A stretch of DNA of 64,000 nucleotides from Histomonas meleagridis 2922-C6/04-290x. Lineage: Eukaryota; Protista; Parabasalia. Shown here in pieces: positions 20,901-30,577 of the stretch. The stretch spans positions 62,001-126,000 of the forward strand of contig JAANOX010000243.1 of the NCBI GenBank assembly GCA_020184695.1, read 5' to 3'. Both the position numbers and the translations under genes were made by a program. The number at the start of each line of letters is the position of its first letter. The first letter of the stretch is position 1. The notes under the pieces were generated by a model that worked only from the letters and a program-made list of their open reading frames with translations, made no database searches and was not told the DNA's origin.

Positions 20901-23675
20901 AAAGACAAAATCACAATAAATAAATTATTACCATTAATTCAAACATTAAAATACCCAATGTTTTATCCTAAAGAATTATCCGATGATTTTACATATAAAG
21001 GAAGATGTGGTATAAAGAATATGGGCTCAACATGTTATTTTAACTCATTATTACAAATATTTCAAATATTTAATAATTTATATTCGGAATTAATCTCATT
21101 AGAAACAAAAGATTTAACAGAATTTGTTGTTAAGTTTCGAGATTTCTTAGCAAGATTACATTATTGTAGAGGCATCACATTAAATATTCAAGAATTAATT
21201 AAAACTATTCCAAAATTCGATGTTAGGATTCAACAAGATGTCGAAGAATTCTTTAATATGTTAGTGAATAGATTACATGATGAATTAAATGAAGAACATA
21301 AATATATTACTGATTATTTACGAGGTGAAATAACAGTAAACATTTATGCGAAAAATGAATTAATATCATCACATAAAGAAGATTTTTATTATTTACAAAT
21401 GCCTACAAAAAATATCTCAAAATTAGATTTATCATTTAAAGAATATTTTAAAGAAGAAATTATCGAAGATTATTCAATAAATGGTGAGAAAACTCAAGCG
21501 TCACGTAAAACATTAATTTCTAATTGGCCAAATTATTTAGTTATTCAATTACAACGTTGGGATTATCAATTAGAAACAAGTGAACGTACAAAATTATTAA
21601 ATGAATTTCAATTTCCAGCATTTTTAAAGACTAATGATATTATTAAATATTCAGATATAACACAAGAAAATGATAAAAATCAAAATATCGATTATATATT
21701 AAATGGTATTATAATTCATCAAGGTGATAATGTAGAACATGGTCATTATATTACTATTGTTCAAGGTGATGATAAAGAATGGTATTTATGTAATGATCAA
21801 GAGATCCAATATTTTGATATTAATTCGATTCCAAATTGGGCATTTGGAGGATATAATAATGATGATACATCTACAGGTTATTTATTGTTTTATAAACGAA
21901 TTGATATTGAAGAAAAAACACCAAAATTACCATTATATCTCGAGGAACAATTAAATAAAGAAAATCAAATTAATTGGCCTTCGATTATATTTAGTTCCAC
22001 ACAATTTGTAGAGTTTTCACGGAATTTAATGTTATTAAATCCAAATGATTTAAATGTAATCGAAATTGGTTTAAATGTATTCTTTAAAATATCAATACTT
22101 GATAATGAATTATTCTTTGATTATATTAATACATTAATGAATAATATATTAATTAATTCCAATTTTTGTAATTATTTTTATGATTTCATTCAAGATAAAA
22201 TTGGGAAAACTCTTTATTTAATAGTTTCAACAAATGATGAAATTACTGAAGAGTTTTCTAATTTATTTATTCATACTTTAAATATTATTAATAATGATTC
22301 AAAACCTTTAATGATATTATTAAATAATTTGGAATTACATGAAAATTCAAGTGGATATAAAATTAATGTAATTAAAATGATTTTTAGAATTATCGATTTC
22401 GTTTTTAATAAAATGAATATCGATTGGTTAAATGAAGATGAACTTTTAAATAAAATATTGGAATATTTAACAAATCAACAAAAAGAAACGATATTACAAA
22501 TACAAAAGATTCATGTAAATGCATTTAATAGCTTCTTAAATATATTAAATGAAATTATAAATATTAAAGGTTGCATAGAAGTAATTTTAAATCTGTTCGA
22601 TATAAATAAAATTAATAAAGTTAATACAAGTATTAAAAAATGCGAAAACTTCTCCAAATTAGTAGTTGCGCTTAATAAAATTCGTCCGGATATATTCCAA
22701 GACTTAACAAATGCGTCACAAATGACTCATAACTTATTGACACATTTGATTCCAGTGACACAGATTTATAACGAAGATGAGGCTTTGGATTTAAACCTTT
22801 CGTTTTATTTCGAAATTTTACATTTGTTAATATTTGCTGATGATTTAAGAATTAGAGTTATGACATATGATGAATTATCCGCAATGTTAAAGTTCCCTGA
22901 ATATGATATAAATCATTATTTAAGGAATTTGTGTTATAATTATAACTTGAATTTGTTGATTAATAATTTGGGGAAAATTAATACTTTCGATTTATACTTG
23001 ACTGGTTTGATACCGAAGTTATTGGAATGTCTAAATAATGGAAATGAAGGAATCTGCGAGCAATACATCCAATTATTAAGGAATTTGGCTGATGTCGCTC
23101 CAAAAGCTTTTGTGCATCAATTCAAACCGTTATTTGAATGTTTGATGTTGTGTCAAAATGAAAATAATCTACAGAATTTATTGATCGTTTTACATCACGT
23201 TTTGACAATATACAGACCGTTAATGGAAGAAATGAACGATGAGAAAATTGAATTCGTAATGTCAAAACATTTCGTGTCAGAATTCGCTTTACAATTTGTT
23301 TTTCTGTTCAAAGAATTCGCTTCAAAAACTGAAATGTTATCGGCTTCAATTGAATATTGCTTAGAAAATTATTCTGAAGAAGACGTTAACGTGCTTTTGA
23401 GTTTATTTAATGAAAATATAATTCCAAATAATGTGAATATACCAGAAAAACCGAAGTCAATATTGGATTTGAAGTTGATAAACGTGTTATGGGATATATT
23501 GGAAAATGAAAGAACATTGATGGCAAAATATATATTAAGCGGATTGGAAATTGGAAAACCTATTAGAGTCTTCATGAAGAGCCCAACATACAGAAGATCA
23601 TTCGAATTATTGAAGGAATTTTGTCCTGAAGAAATTGAATCTTTGTTAAAACGTTTAGGTATTTCAGAAATGTAA
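17946..23675 (+). CDS. Large ubiquitin-specific protease (peptidase C19, USP9/24/34-like architecture)
   Basis: Cys box GIKNMGSTCYFNSLLQ, QQDVEEF, His box GIIIHQGDNVEHGHY, WYLCND; Inr TCACT at ~17931; stop followed by TAAA. Confidence 0.9.
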   Translation: MSGGNKSFPKEDDFITDSTEKLIECIKKLREKNIEPILKMKLNKIPSDTMDFIYNHLPKIFRLSLTSEHHSRSLITESKIFVTKICQLIVHVNLPPNLIKSIIIVLGKSSPPDIFKIEEFKNPQVKKLLDFSKEINVLKPDRAQTTAIKTALAQAIVTSGIFQHAKKMFDQNNLTINQILPIINLFNYLEPILKKDYVSIFLPYLIEFSIFILKSEFNSELSEICKFFSTYTVMIPKKLDEILTIFSNLATAELPVQTRYVIISSLIKIVQTAGVGDSSEIVKKSLIQSTANSSHLSILKQIFSFLPTLSSKMKVDFSDEDLIHLLICSNTNDSLKYECLIEIISSFTRPLDEFAQVILQNEELSPSFLCELIGHVESEEVSHQLFHKLIQTSRKFNTLQIQMNDRLNELIKEAMKTNNDFETIYSLSFFFLNIPTLDSINKFSKQLIQLSESHPELLEILDKFTPILPKFKSEKMVINLFNRVFENFINGITNEYSESLFNILSNWIDNSPKVHSEILLQKLIEIDFSNCPKSLPLLISRILSKCNISKKDKIIEFLFKVLNDTLPPIFSRWFIELLFSFIHDNEEDVYKSMEIILSKMTDETKSLNAIYLLFSAVIYEVDFYRIGESFGFTQQMIINKEINCNITLHQFHSTKRIYAEVSKLLDLKIQDFNLIITDISEDKPLLYNMPLQIINEIIGTNDIKITVETESDEILHEDTNEIIPIFMNSLENKIDFLFNFLGENGTENEINEILFQILLLYTNVLSTEQNKLNIRNDLQRILFNECETPEIFGDSIRIFPYALNVSNHENINIENILNIIISHYYDPVSLSIICNYINRNEFQRNNLPKELIENCLIHYPSRIFRKTFQKFIEVNEYNERILISLIDITTQKENRSKSKSFYELIMKFNINKEIFIPFYLELKQFEQTHYSDIDETFIGLITLIPKTEELIDLTIQRLFSPPTCDNLQVPFIHTIESWNSALNYIKDKITINKLLPLIQTLKYPMFYPKELSDDFTYKGRCGIKNMGSTCYFNSLLQIFQIFNNLYSELISLETKDLTEFVVKFRDFLARLHYCRGITLNIQELIKTIPKFDVRIQQDVEEFFNMLVNRLHDELNEEHKYITDYLRGEITVNIYAKNELISSHKEDFYYLQMPTKNISKLDLSFKEYFKEEIIEDYSINGEKTQASRKTLISNWPNYLVIQLQRWDYQLETSERTKLLNEFQFPAFLKTNDIIKYSDITQENDKNQNIDYILNGIIIHQGDNVEHGHYITIVQGDDKEWYLCNDQEIQYFDINSIPNWAFGGYNNDDTSTGYLLFYKRIDIEEKTPKLPLYLEEQLNKENQINWPSIIFSSTQFVEFSRNLMLLNPNDLNVIEIGLNVFFKISILDNELFFDYINTLMNNILINSNFCNYFYDFIQDKIGKTLYLIVSTNDEITEEFSNLFIHTLNIINNDSKPLMILLNNLELHENSSGYKINVIKMIFRIIDFVFNKMNIDWLNEDELLNKILEYLTNQQKETILQIQKIHVNAFNSFLNILNEIINIKGCIEVILNLFDINKINKVNTSIKKCENFSKLVVALNKIRPDIFQDLTNASQMTHNLLTHLIPVTQIYNEDEALDLNLSFYFEILHLLIFADDLRIRVMTYDELSAMLKFPEYDINHYLRNLCYNYNLNLLINNLGKINTFDLYLTGLIPKLLECLNNGNEGICEQYIQLLRNLADVAPKAFVHQFKPLFECLMLCQNENNLQNLLIVLHHVLTIYRPLMEEMNDEKIEFVMSKHFVSEFALQFVFLFKEFASKTEMLSASIEYCLENYSEEDVNVLLSLFNENIIPNNVNIPEKPKSILDLKLINVLWDILENERTLMAKYILSGLEIGKPIRVFMKSPTYRRSFELLKEFCPEEIESLLKRLGISEM

Positions 23676-23879
23676 ATAAACAGTGTTATTTTATTAATCT
23701 TGTTTTGCTATTTAAAGCATGGATCCAACCAGAATTAAAACGTACAATAATTAAAAATTTTTTGTAAGGGGAAAAAGAACACGTTATCTTTGAGTCCATT
23801 GAAACAATTGCATAAATCACACAAAAAAATAGAAATCTTAACCGTTAATTTTATACGGTTATTATCGTTTCGTTCTCAA

Positions 23880-24796
23880 TGGTTATGCTGCATTTCAATA
23901 TTGTGCATTTAAAAACATAATACTTCCAGATTCTGTAACAGGTATTGGACAACAAGCATTTTCTGAATGTGCTGAACTTGAAATTGTTGTCATTGGTAAA
24001 AATGTGAATAATATTGGAACTAATGCATTTTTTTCGCATTGTACTTCACTCAAATGTATATTTTTATAATGGTGAAACTTCACCAGATTTCAGCGATGCA
24101 GTTTTTGTTAATGTATCAGCATCTGTGATTGTGCCTGAAGGATATGAAAATGAAACATTTGGCGAATTAAATGTAATCAAAGGTACGATAAACGATGAAT
24201 GCCTCCCACCAACGCATACATTTACTCAATCAAACACATACACACGAAGTAATACATTTGTTGAGTCAGATATATTTACTGAATTATATACATTTTATGA
24301 ATCATTACAATTTGATATTACTTTTTCTTATTCAATATTTTATACGCATTTACTCACCAAGACATTTACTTTTCAGTCAATCTTGTCCAATTCCATCACA
24401 TTCACTGCTTTAGGTTCAACATTTTCATATATTGAAACCATATTTATATACTATAAGTACGTGGTTATTGAATATTCATCATATATTTCATATTATTCTG
24501 GCTTTTACACAATTCTTCATCAAGGTGCTGATGATGTTGATCATGACAAAACTAATCAAATCATTATTATTGTTTGCGTTTGTGTTATAGTAATTATAAT
24601 TATTGTAATTATTGTAATTTTACTTGTTCGTTTTCACAATAAAAATAAGAAACAAAACACTGAAGAAAGTATCGTAAATGAAGATAACAAAGACAACATT
24701 AATGTTTTAATGAATAACGTAATGAATTTATCTAACGTTGAAGAAGATCCATTTGCTAACGATTTTAAAGAAAACGAATTCATCAGAAATATATAA
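23880..24796 (+). pseudogene. 5'-truncated, frameshifted BspA-like surface-protein copy (LRR end + stalk + TM + DPF tail)
   Basis: 23880-24258 is a near-identical copy of 26432-26806, with +3 T (in frame) and +1 T (~24061, frameshift); no in-frame ATG or signal peptide; intact TM IIIIVCVCVIVIIIIVIIVILLV and tail EEDPFANDFKE. Confidence 0.75.
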
Positions 24797-25625
24797 ATTT
24801 TTATGTTAATGTTTTTAACATTAATTATATGATTTAATAAATTCTAGTTTTGTATAATTTTAATGAATGAATCAGTTTTGTTAAAGTATTTTAAGAAAAC
24901 ATTAAATAATGAATAACTCAAGTATATAAATAAACATAAACGTACTGATTTTTTACAAATCTTGGAAACTCAAAAGAAATGTGGTTTAACTCATGTAAGG
25001 GTTCAAGTGTTATTCCAATTATACATCCATTGGTGATCAAACTGATTCTGCGGCTCGTAGTATCATCTTATGGATATAAAGAACATTTGTAAAATATTTC
25101 ACATCACATGCGATGATTGAAATAATTCACATGGCTGTTAAATTTTGGCTGCTATTGATTTTTTACAACAAGTTTACGAAAACAATTTTTTACCTGCTTT
25201 CAGATTTTTCAGAAAAAAAATGTTAACTGAAAAGTGATTTCAACGGCTTTTTTCGGCGTTTTCTCAAAAATTTTGATACAATGTGCTTTGGCATGAATCT
25301 GAACTTTCTTCATTCATTATTTTTAACCCGAACTTACTTTGGGATGACATCAATGCAAATGATAGTTAGAGATTATCAACATAAATTATCATGGAATTTT
25401 TTAAAACAATTTTCAAAAAATGATCGAATTAAATTTTTTTTATTCAGAAATCATAACTTCCACTATCATTTTTTATACAATCTTTCAAGCAACCATTACA
25501 AATGTTTTGAATGTTTGCAAATGTTTATTTTTTTCAAATGTCAATATTTAACAAGGTTTATTTATCATTATTTTATAAACATTTTAAAGTCTATTTATAT
25601 TAAAATTAAAGAATTATTGGTTTTT

Positions 25626-27380
25626 ATGCTTTTTATTAAAGGATTCAAAAGAATAAAATTTGATTCAAATAATATTATAAATTGTTTGATAATATTTACT
25701 TTCTTTTTTTCTCATTCTATACAAATGTTTGATGATAAAACATCAACATTAACTATAACAAATTCAGATGAATTTACAGATAATTACAAAAGCACTGCGG
25801 AACATGTTATCATTTCAAATCCAACATATGCTATTCCAAGCAAAGCTTTTTATGAATGGTCATCATTAATTTCAGCAGTGATTAATAAATCAGTCACTTC
25901 AATTGAATCAAATGCGTTTGGTTATTGTTCTAATTTAGAAATAGTTTCATTTGGAGAAGGTATAACATATATTGGAGAATATGCATTTCAATATTGCACT
26001 TCATTAAAAAATATAACAATTGAATGTCCACTTCAAACAGTTGGACAATATGCATTTTGTGATTGCATCAGTCTTGAAACAGCATTTTTCTGTGAAGGTG
26101 TTGAAAAAATTGGAGATTATATGTTTTCTGGCTGTCACAATCTTCAGACAATTACAATACCAAGTACAGTTTCTTCATTAACAAGTTCTTCTTTTTTTGG
26201 ATGCAAAAGTCTTCAATTCATAAATGTTTCTAAAAATAATTCAAAATATTCTAATTATGAATGTGATGGAGTATTATATGATAAAGATATAACAAAACTC
26301 ATTCAATTTCTTCCAGGAAATATCTCAGAAAATTACAAAATTCCAGATTCAGTAACTTCAATTGCAGATTGTGCATTTATTTCATGTTCCAATTTATCTT
26401 CAATTTCATTTGGAAATAGTGTTGAAACGATTGGTTATGCTGCATTTCAATCTTGTGCATTTAAAAACATAATACTTCCAGATTCTGTAACAGGTATTGG
26501 ACAACAAGCATTTTCTGAATGTGCTGAACTTGAAATTGTTGTCATTGGTAAAAATGTGAATAATATTGGAACTAATGCATTTTCGTATTGTACTTCACTC
26601 AAATGTATATTTTATAATGGTGAAACTTCACCAGATTTCAGCGATTCATGTTTTGTTAATGTATCAGCATCTGTGATTGTGCCTGAAGGATATGAAAATG
26701 AAACATTTGGCGAATTAAATGTAATCAAAGGTACGATAAACGATGAATGCCTCCCACCAACGCATACATTTACTCAATCAAACACATACACACGAAGTAA
26801 TACATTCACAAGATCAAACACTTTCACTAAATCAAACACATACACACAAAGTAATACATTCACAAGATCAAACACTTTCACAAAGTCAAATTCATTTACT
26901 ATTTCCAACACATTTTCCGCTTCATTACCACTTGACGGTACATTCACTCGAATATTAATTTCAAAGCACTCGATTACGCAGACGATTATCCCCATTACTA
27001 TCTTCACAAACACAATTGTTGTTACTTTCTTCAACTCTTCATATTATTATATCCAATCCGATTATGTTTTGTATGAATACAAAGTTCACCAATATTCGAC
27101 ATATTACATTTTTTATTCCTACTTATTTACAGTGCTTCAAAGTTATTTCCAACAAGACCAAAAGTTATCTAATGGCCTTATGATTGGCATTATATGCATT
27201 TCGATATATGTTCTTATTTTGATTGTTGGAATTGTTGTGTTTTTAATTAGAAACAAAAAAAAGCAAATTTCAAAGCATAAAACAACATCAAAAAGTTCTG
27301 CTTCAAATAATCATCAAAATGAAATCGTCAATCAAGAATTTAATGATTTATTGCAGGAAGAACAAGATCAATGGATATGA
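25626..27380 (+). CDS. BspA-like leucine-rich-repeat (TpLRR/LRR_5) single-pass surface protein
   Basis: Repeats of IPDSVTSIADCAF..C..L; Ser/Thr stalk; TM GLMIGIICISIYVLILIVGIVVFLI; start moved to ATG 25626 by comparison with the 43815 paralogue (ORF track starts at 25281, so the start is uncertain). Confidence 0.85.
   Translation: MLFIKGFKRIKFDSNNIINCLIIFTFFFSHSIQMFDDKTSTLTITNSDEFTDNYKSTAEHVIISNPTYAIPSKAFYEWSSLISAVINKSVTSIESNAFGYCSNLEIVSFGEGITYIGEYAFQYCTSLKNITIECPLQTVGQYAFCDCISLETAFFCEGVEKIGDYMFSGCHNLQTITIPSTVSSLTSSSFFGCKSLQFINVSKNNSKYSNYECDGVLYDKDITKLIQFLPGNISENYKIPDSVTSIADCAFISCSNLSSISFGNSVETIGYAAFQSCAFKNIILPDSVTGIGQQAFSECAELEIVVIGKNVNNIGTNAFSYCTSLKCIFYNGETSPDFSDSCFVNVSASVIVPEGYENETFGELNVIKGTINDECLPPTHTFTQSNTYTRSNTFTRSNTFTKSNTYTQSNTFTRSNTFTKSNSFTISNTFSASLPLDGTFTRILISKHSITQTIIPITIFTNTIVVTFFNSSYYYIQSDYVLYEYKVHQYSTYYIFYSYLFTVLQSYFQQDQKLSNGLMIGIICISIYVLILIVGIVVFLIRNKKKQISKHKTTSKSSASNNHQNEIVNQEFNDLLQEEQDQWI
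26778..26890 (+). repeat. 18-nt hexapeptide (T-x-S-N-T-F/Y) tandem repeat with a 54-nt higher-order duplication
   Basis: TCAAACACATACACAC begins at both 26778 and 26832, and the two units are near-identical. Confidence 0.85.
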
Positions 27381-27611
27381 TTCGAATTAATTTACTATTA
27401 AATATCTTGAAAAATTTAAAAATGCTATGTAAACAACTTCGTTGTAAATTCTTTTTTTATTAATAATTATTTTATTTTTTTCTTCATTTAATAAAACATT
27501 TCGTTTGATATTTCTTATTTATAATACTTAAGTATTTATAGTTGTTATGTTATAGTCTTTAAAAGTATTAAATAAATGATAATATCAATAATGAATTTTA
27601 GATGATTTTGA

Positions 27612-28286
27612 ATGGTTTATGAAAATTTTAGAGATGAGGAGACACTTTTACACAAGATGAAGGCATCAGAAAGAATGCAATATGCTCCAAAGTTTAAGCA
27701 ATACTTCGGATTGACCCCAAAACAAGTTGCTTCGATGCCAATTCAGGAATTCCAACAAAAACTAAACTTTATCCTTGATCAGCCTCCAATTGAAAAACCA
27801 AAGCCTAAACCCAAAAAAAGAGATACAGCATCTGCTGTAATCAAAAGTAATCAAGACTCAGAGTATGTTGAAGCCTTATCACTTGAAAAAGCTAAAGAAA
27901 TGGAACTCGAATCACAAATGCGCGAAATAGAGAAAATGAAAAAAGAAGAAGACCAAAAGATAGAAGAAGAAAGGGAACAAATGGTTCTACAAAAAAGTGC
28001 AATATTAGAATTAGCAAGACAAATTCCCGAAGAACCTGAAAACGGTGTTTGCATTGCAGTAGTTCTACCCAATGGAAGGAGAGTTCAAAGAAAGTTCTCT
28101 CCGTCAACAAAAGGTGAAGTTATATATCAATGGGTATCAGGATTTGAAGAATTGTTCGAAAATGAATTAAATCCAATTAGCTTCTCACTCGTTCAGGTAC
28201 TTGGTGTGAGAGTTAATGAAGATGAAACAATTGAAGAACAAAAAATGAGAAATCGTGTTCTATTAAATGTTCTCACAGAAGATTAG
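27612..28286 (+). CDS. UBX-domain protein (p97/Cdc48 adaptor family)
   Basis: Charged coiled coil followed by IAVVLPNGRRVQRKF...IYQWV, the UBX ubiquitin-like fold. Confidence 0.8.
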   Translation: MVYENFRDEETLLHKMKASERMQYAPKFKQYFGLTPKQVASMPIQEFQQKLNFILDQPPIEKPKPKPKKRDTASAVIKSNQDSEYVEALSLEKAKEMELESQMREIEKMKKEEDQKIEEEREQMVLQKSAILELARQIPEEPENGVCIAVVLPNGRRVQRKFSPSTKGEVIYQWVSGFEELFENELNPISFSLVQVLGVRVNEDETIEEQKMRNRVLLNVLTED

Positions 28287-28503
28287 ACGGACTTTTAACA
28301 ATGCAAATCAGACATTGCGCTAATGATTCTTGATCTTTAGTGCGTTAAATATAGATACACATTTAAAAATCAGATAGAATAGAAATTTTAATTTTCTAAT
28401 ATACACAATATAGTAAATGTTACTAAGTGGCTGTATTAAAAAAAATTATTCCTTAGATCTGTTTTTTTAATCTTGAAAAATCTTTCTTTAATTCCAACAA
28501 AAG

Positions 28504-28510
28504 AAAAAAA
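28504..28510 (-). terminator. Pol III terminator (T7 run) downstream of tRNA-Trp
   Basis: A7 on the + strand equals T7 on the - strand, a few nt after the tRNA 3' end. Confidence 0.7.
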
Positions 28511-28513
28511 TTT

Positions 28514-28585
28514 TGAGGCCGAAGGGACTCGAACCCCCAACCTTGAGATCTGGAGTCTCACGCAATGCCATTATGCTACAGCCCC
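28514..28585 (-). tRNA. trnW: tRNA-Trp (anticodon CCA)
   Basis: GGGGCTG/CGGCCTC acceptor stem, TGAGA-CTCCAGA-TCTCA anticodon arm, GGTTCGAGTC T-loop; 72 nt, no intron. Confidence 0.95.
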
Positions 28586-28696
28586 TGCTGATAATTTTAA
28601 AATAAATTATTCTAAATTACAATACATTATAAAATTAAATAAAATAAGTTGAATTTGAAATGTTTATCCCAATTATTATCATATCTAAAATATAAA

Positions 28697-29791
28697 TTAT
28701 TTATTTAAAACTCTTTGAAACACATTATCAAACATTTCAACATCTCTTTTTCTGTTTGCAATTCCAAAGGAAGCAACCAAATCATTTCCATCTATTCCGA
28801 ATATTACCTTATTTCTGATAAATTCCATTCGTAGCTCATTTGCATCGACTCCGTCAACTTCAAATGCCACTAATTTTAATTCTTCATTCACCTTAAATCT
28901 TACTTGTGGATATTTTTGTAGCACATCAATAAAAAATTTCATCACTTCATTCACATTTCCAACAACGTCATATTGACTTTTCATTTTCCTCATTAGGTTT
29001 AAGCCTTCGAAAGCTTCAAATATGTTTATCATTGGCGGAGTACCGTTCTCGAGTCTCTTAACGTGCGACTTGAAGCTTCTGTGGATTAAACCACGCGCGC
29101 AACTGAAGGCAACAGCGCCACCGCCATAAAACAGAGGCGAAATTTGTTCTGCTGTATCTAATCGAATTAACGTTGGGCATAATTCAATTCCACAAATTTT
29201 CTTCATCGAAAGTAAAATAAAGTCAACACTATTGTTAGAGAGATCAATCAAATCAAAGGGAGCTGCTTGTGTGGCATCAAAAAGAATATGGTTAAGACCT
29301 GAACTTTTCTTGGCGAAATTCTTGGCTTTTTCTAAATTGGTAGGCGTGTATGTGACACAGAATAATGAATGTGCTGATGATGAGGACTCTGTAGAAGCAA
29401 GAGAAGCGCCAAGTTTTTCGGCAAATAAAATTGCTGTATCATTTTGAATCTGAAAAGATTCATGAAAAATATAATGTGAGCCTCTAGTCCATGGAAAACC
29501 TTCAAATATGCAATCTAGTGCAGCTTGTGGAGATGGAAAAAAAATAACAGTATAATTGATTAAACTTGTCGAAAACATATCAGCAATTGACTTGCGGAAT
29601 AAAGCAGAAATTCTGTCAAACTCACTTTGGTCTTCCGATGAATGTGGAGATGAAAGAATCTGTTGAGAAAGTTCATTTAATCTATCACGTTGAGAATTTG
29701 AAACAAGGCCTGAGGATTTGTAATCAAAATAAGCTGTGTTATTTAGTTGAGGATATTCTTTATCTATAAATTCTTCAAAATCTGATGACAT
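28697..29791 (-). CDS. Class-V PLP-dependent aminotransferase, molybdenum-cofactor-sulfurase N-terminal-like (no MOSC domain)
   Basis: AYFDY, ILFDAT, DFILLSMKKICG (~DFVPISFYKIFG), PLFYGGGAV, RLENGT (~RFEDGT). Confidence 0.75.
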   Translation of the reverse strand: MSSDFEEFIDKEYPQLNNTAYFDYKSSGLVSNSQRDRLNELSQQILSSPHSSEDQSEFDRISALFRKSIADMFSTSLINYTVIFFPSPQAALDCIFEGFPWTRGSHYIFHESFQIQNDTAILFAEKLGASLASTESSSSAHSLFCVTYTPTNLEKAKNFAKKSSGLNHILFDATQAAPFDLIDLSNNSVDFILLSMKKICGIELCPTLIRLDTAEQISPLFYGGGAVAFSCARGLIHRSFKSHVKRLENGTPPMINIFEAFEGLNLMRKMKSQYDVVGNVNEVMKFFIDVLQKYPQVRFKVNEELKLVAFEVDGVDANELRMEFIRNKVIFGIDGNDLVASFGIANRKRDVEMFDNVFQRVLNK

Positions 29792-30012
29792 AGGATTTTG
29801 TCACTTTTTGATTATGACCAAAAGAAACACAAAGTCACATTACAAAGAATGAGAAGCAAATCAGGGCATAAGAGTTCGGTATATAATGGAATAAAAACGT
29901 TAAGAATTGGTTTTTTAATGAACGATTAAATATCTCAAAAATAGTGATATATTGAGTCATGCAGAATTTGTAATTTTTTCGTTTTTGGATTTATTTTACT
30001 TTCGGTGCAAAA

Positions 30013-30528
30013 TTAGTTGTCCTCTTTAGGAACAGCTATTGGAATTTCCTTCAAAATTTCAAGAATTACTTCCGTACAAGGCTTCTGCTGTGAATCTTTG
30101 AGTTGTGCGCTGACTTCGTAGTGGAAAATTTTGAAGATACCGCAGATAACACCTGGGAGCATTGATGTATAGCGAAGACCAGCATAACGTTCAGGAACAG
30201 TTACATTTTGTGTGAAAATTGATTGGTCGAATGTAAGCAAATACTTCTTTGGATCAGAATCACTTAATACTGAGTATGAAACATTTGTTCCTTTACCTGC
30301 TACACTTGGCCAGTTCTTGACAATTATTTCTTTGATAACTTTAGTAGGTGTATCTATGCGTTCAAGACTTCGATCACGGGCAAATTCATGTGCAAGTCGA
30401 ACACCAATTCTACATCCTATTTCGTAAAGTTTCTTGTTTACTTCTTCAACGTTTTCCTCTGTTTCCAATAAGGAATTGACGAGAGATCCATAAATTAATG
30501 ATGAAAACTCGATCGAAGGAGTTGCCAT
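30013..30528 (-). CDS. BET3: TRAPP complex subunit Bet3/TRAPPC3-like
   Basis: EFSSLIYGSLVNSLL...EEVNKKLYEIGCRIGVRLAHEF matches the Bet3 N-terminus; LRYTSMLPGVICG ~ LxYSNLLCGVLRG. Confidence 0.8.
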   Translation of the reverse strand: MATPSIEFSSLIYGSLVNSLLETEENVEEVNKKLYEIGCRIGVRLAHEFARDRSLERIDTPTKVIKEIIVKNWPSVAGKGTNVSYSVLSDSDPKKYLLTFDQSIFTQNVTVPERYAGLRYTSMLPGVICGIFKIFHYEVSAQLKDSQQKPCTEVILEILKEIPIAVPKEDN

Positions 30529-30577
30529 AGCAAATTGACGATTTCACATAACATTTCAGTGTAAAAATTCATATCAA

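Noticed and set aside
24950-25280. GC-richer intergenic stretch, possible transposon or gene remnant
   Set aside because: No terminal repeats, TSD or transposase motif could be identified, and all frames are broken.
26760-26910. CRISPR-like appearance of the regular repeats here and at 59030-59180
   Set aside because: These are in-frame coding tandem repeats with no unique spacers, in a eukaryotic context.
30013-30528. BET3 lacking the acylated Cys of animal TRAPPC3
   Set aside because: Alignment by eye in that loop is uncertain, and divergence among parabasalid TRAPP paralogues is unsurprising.
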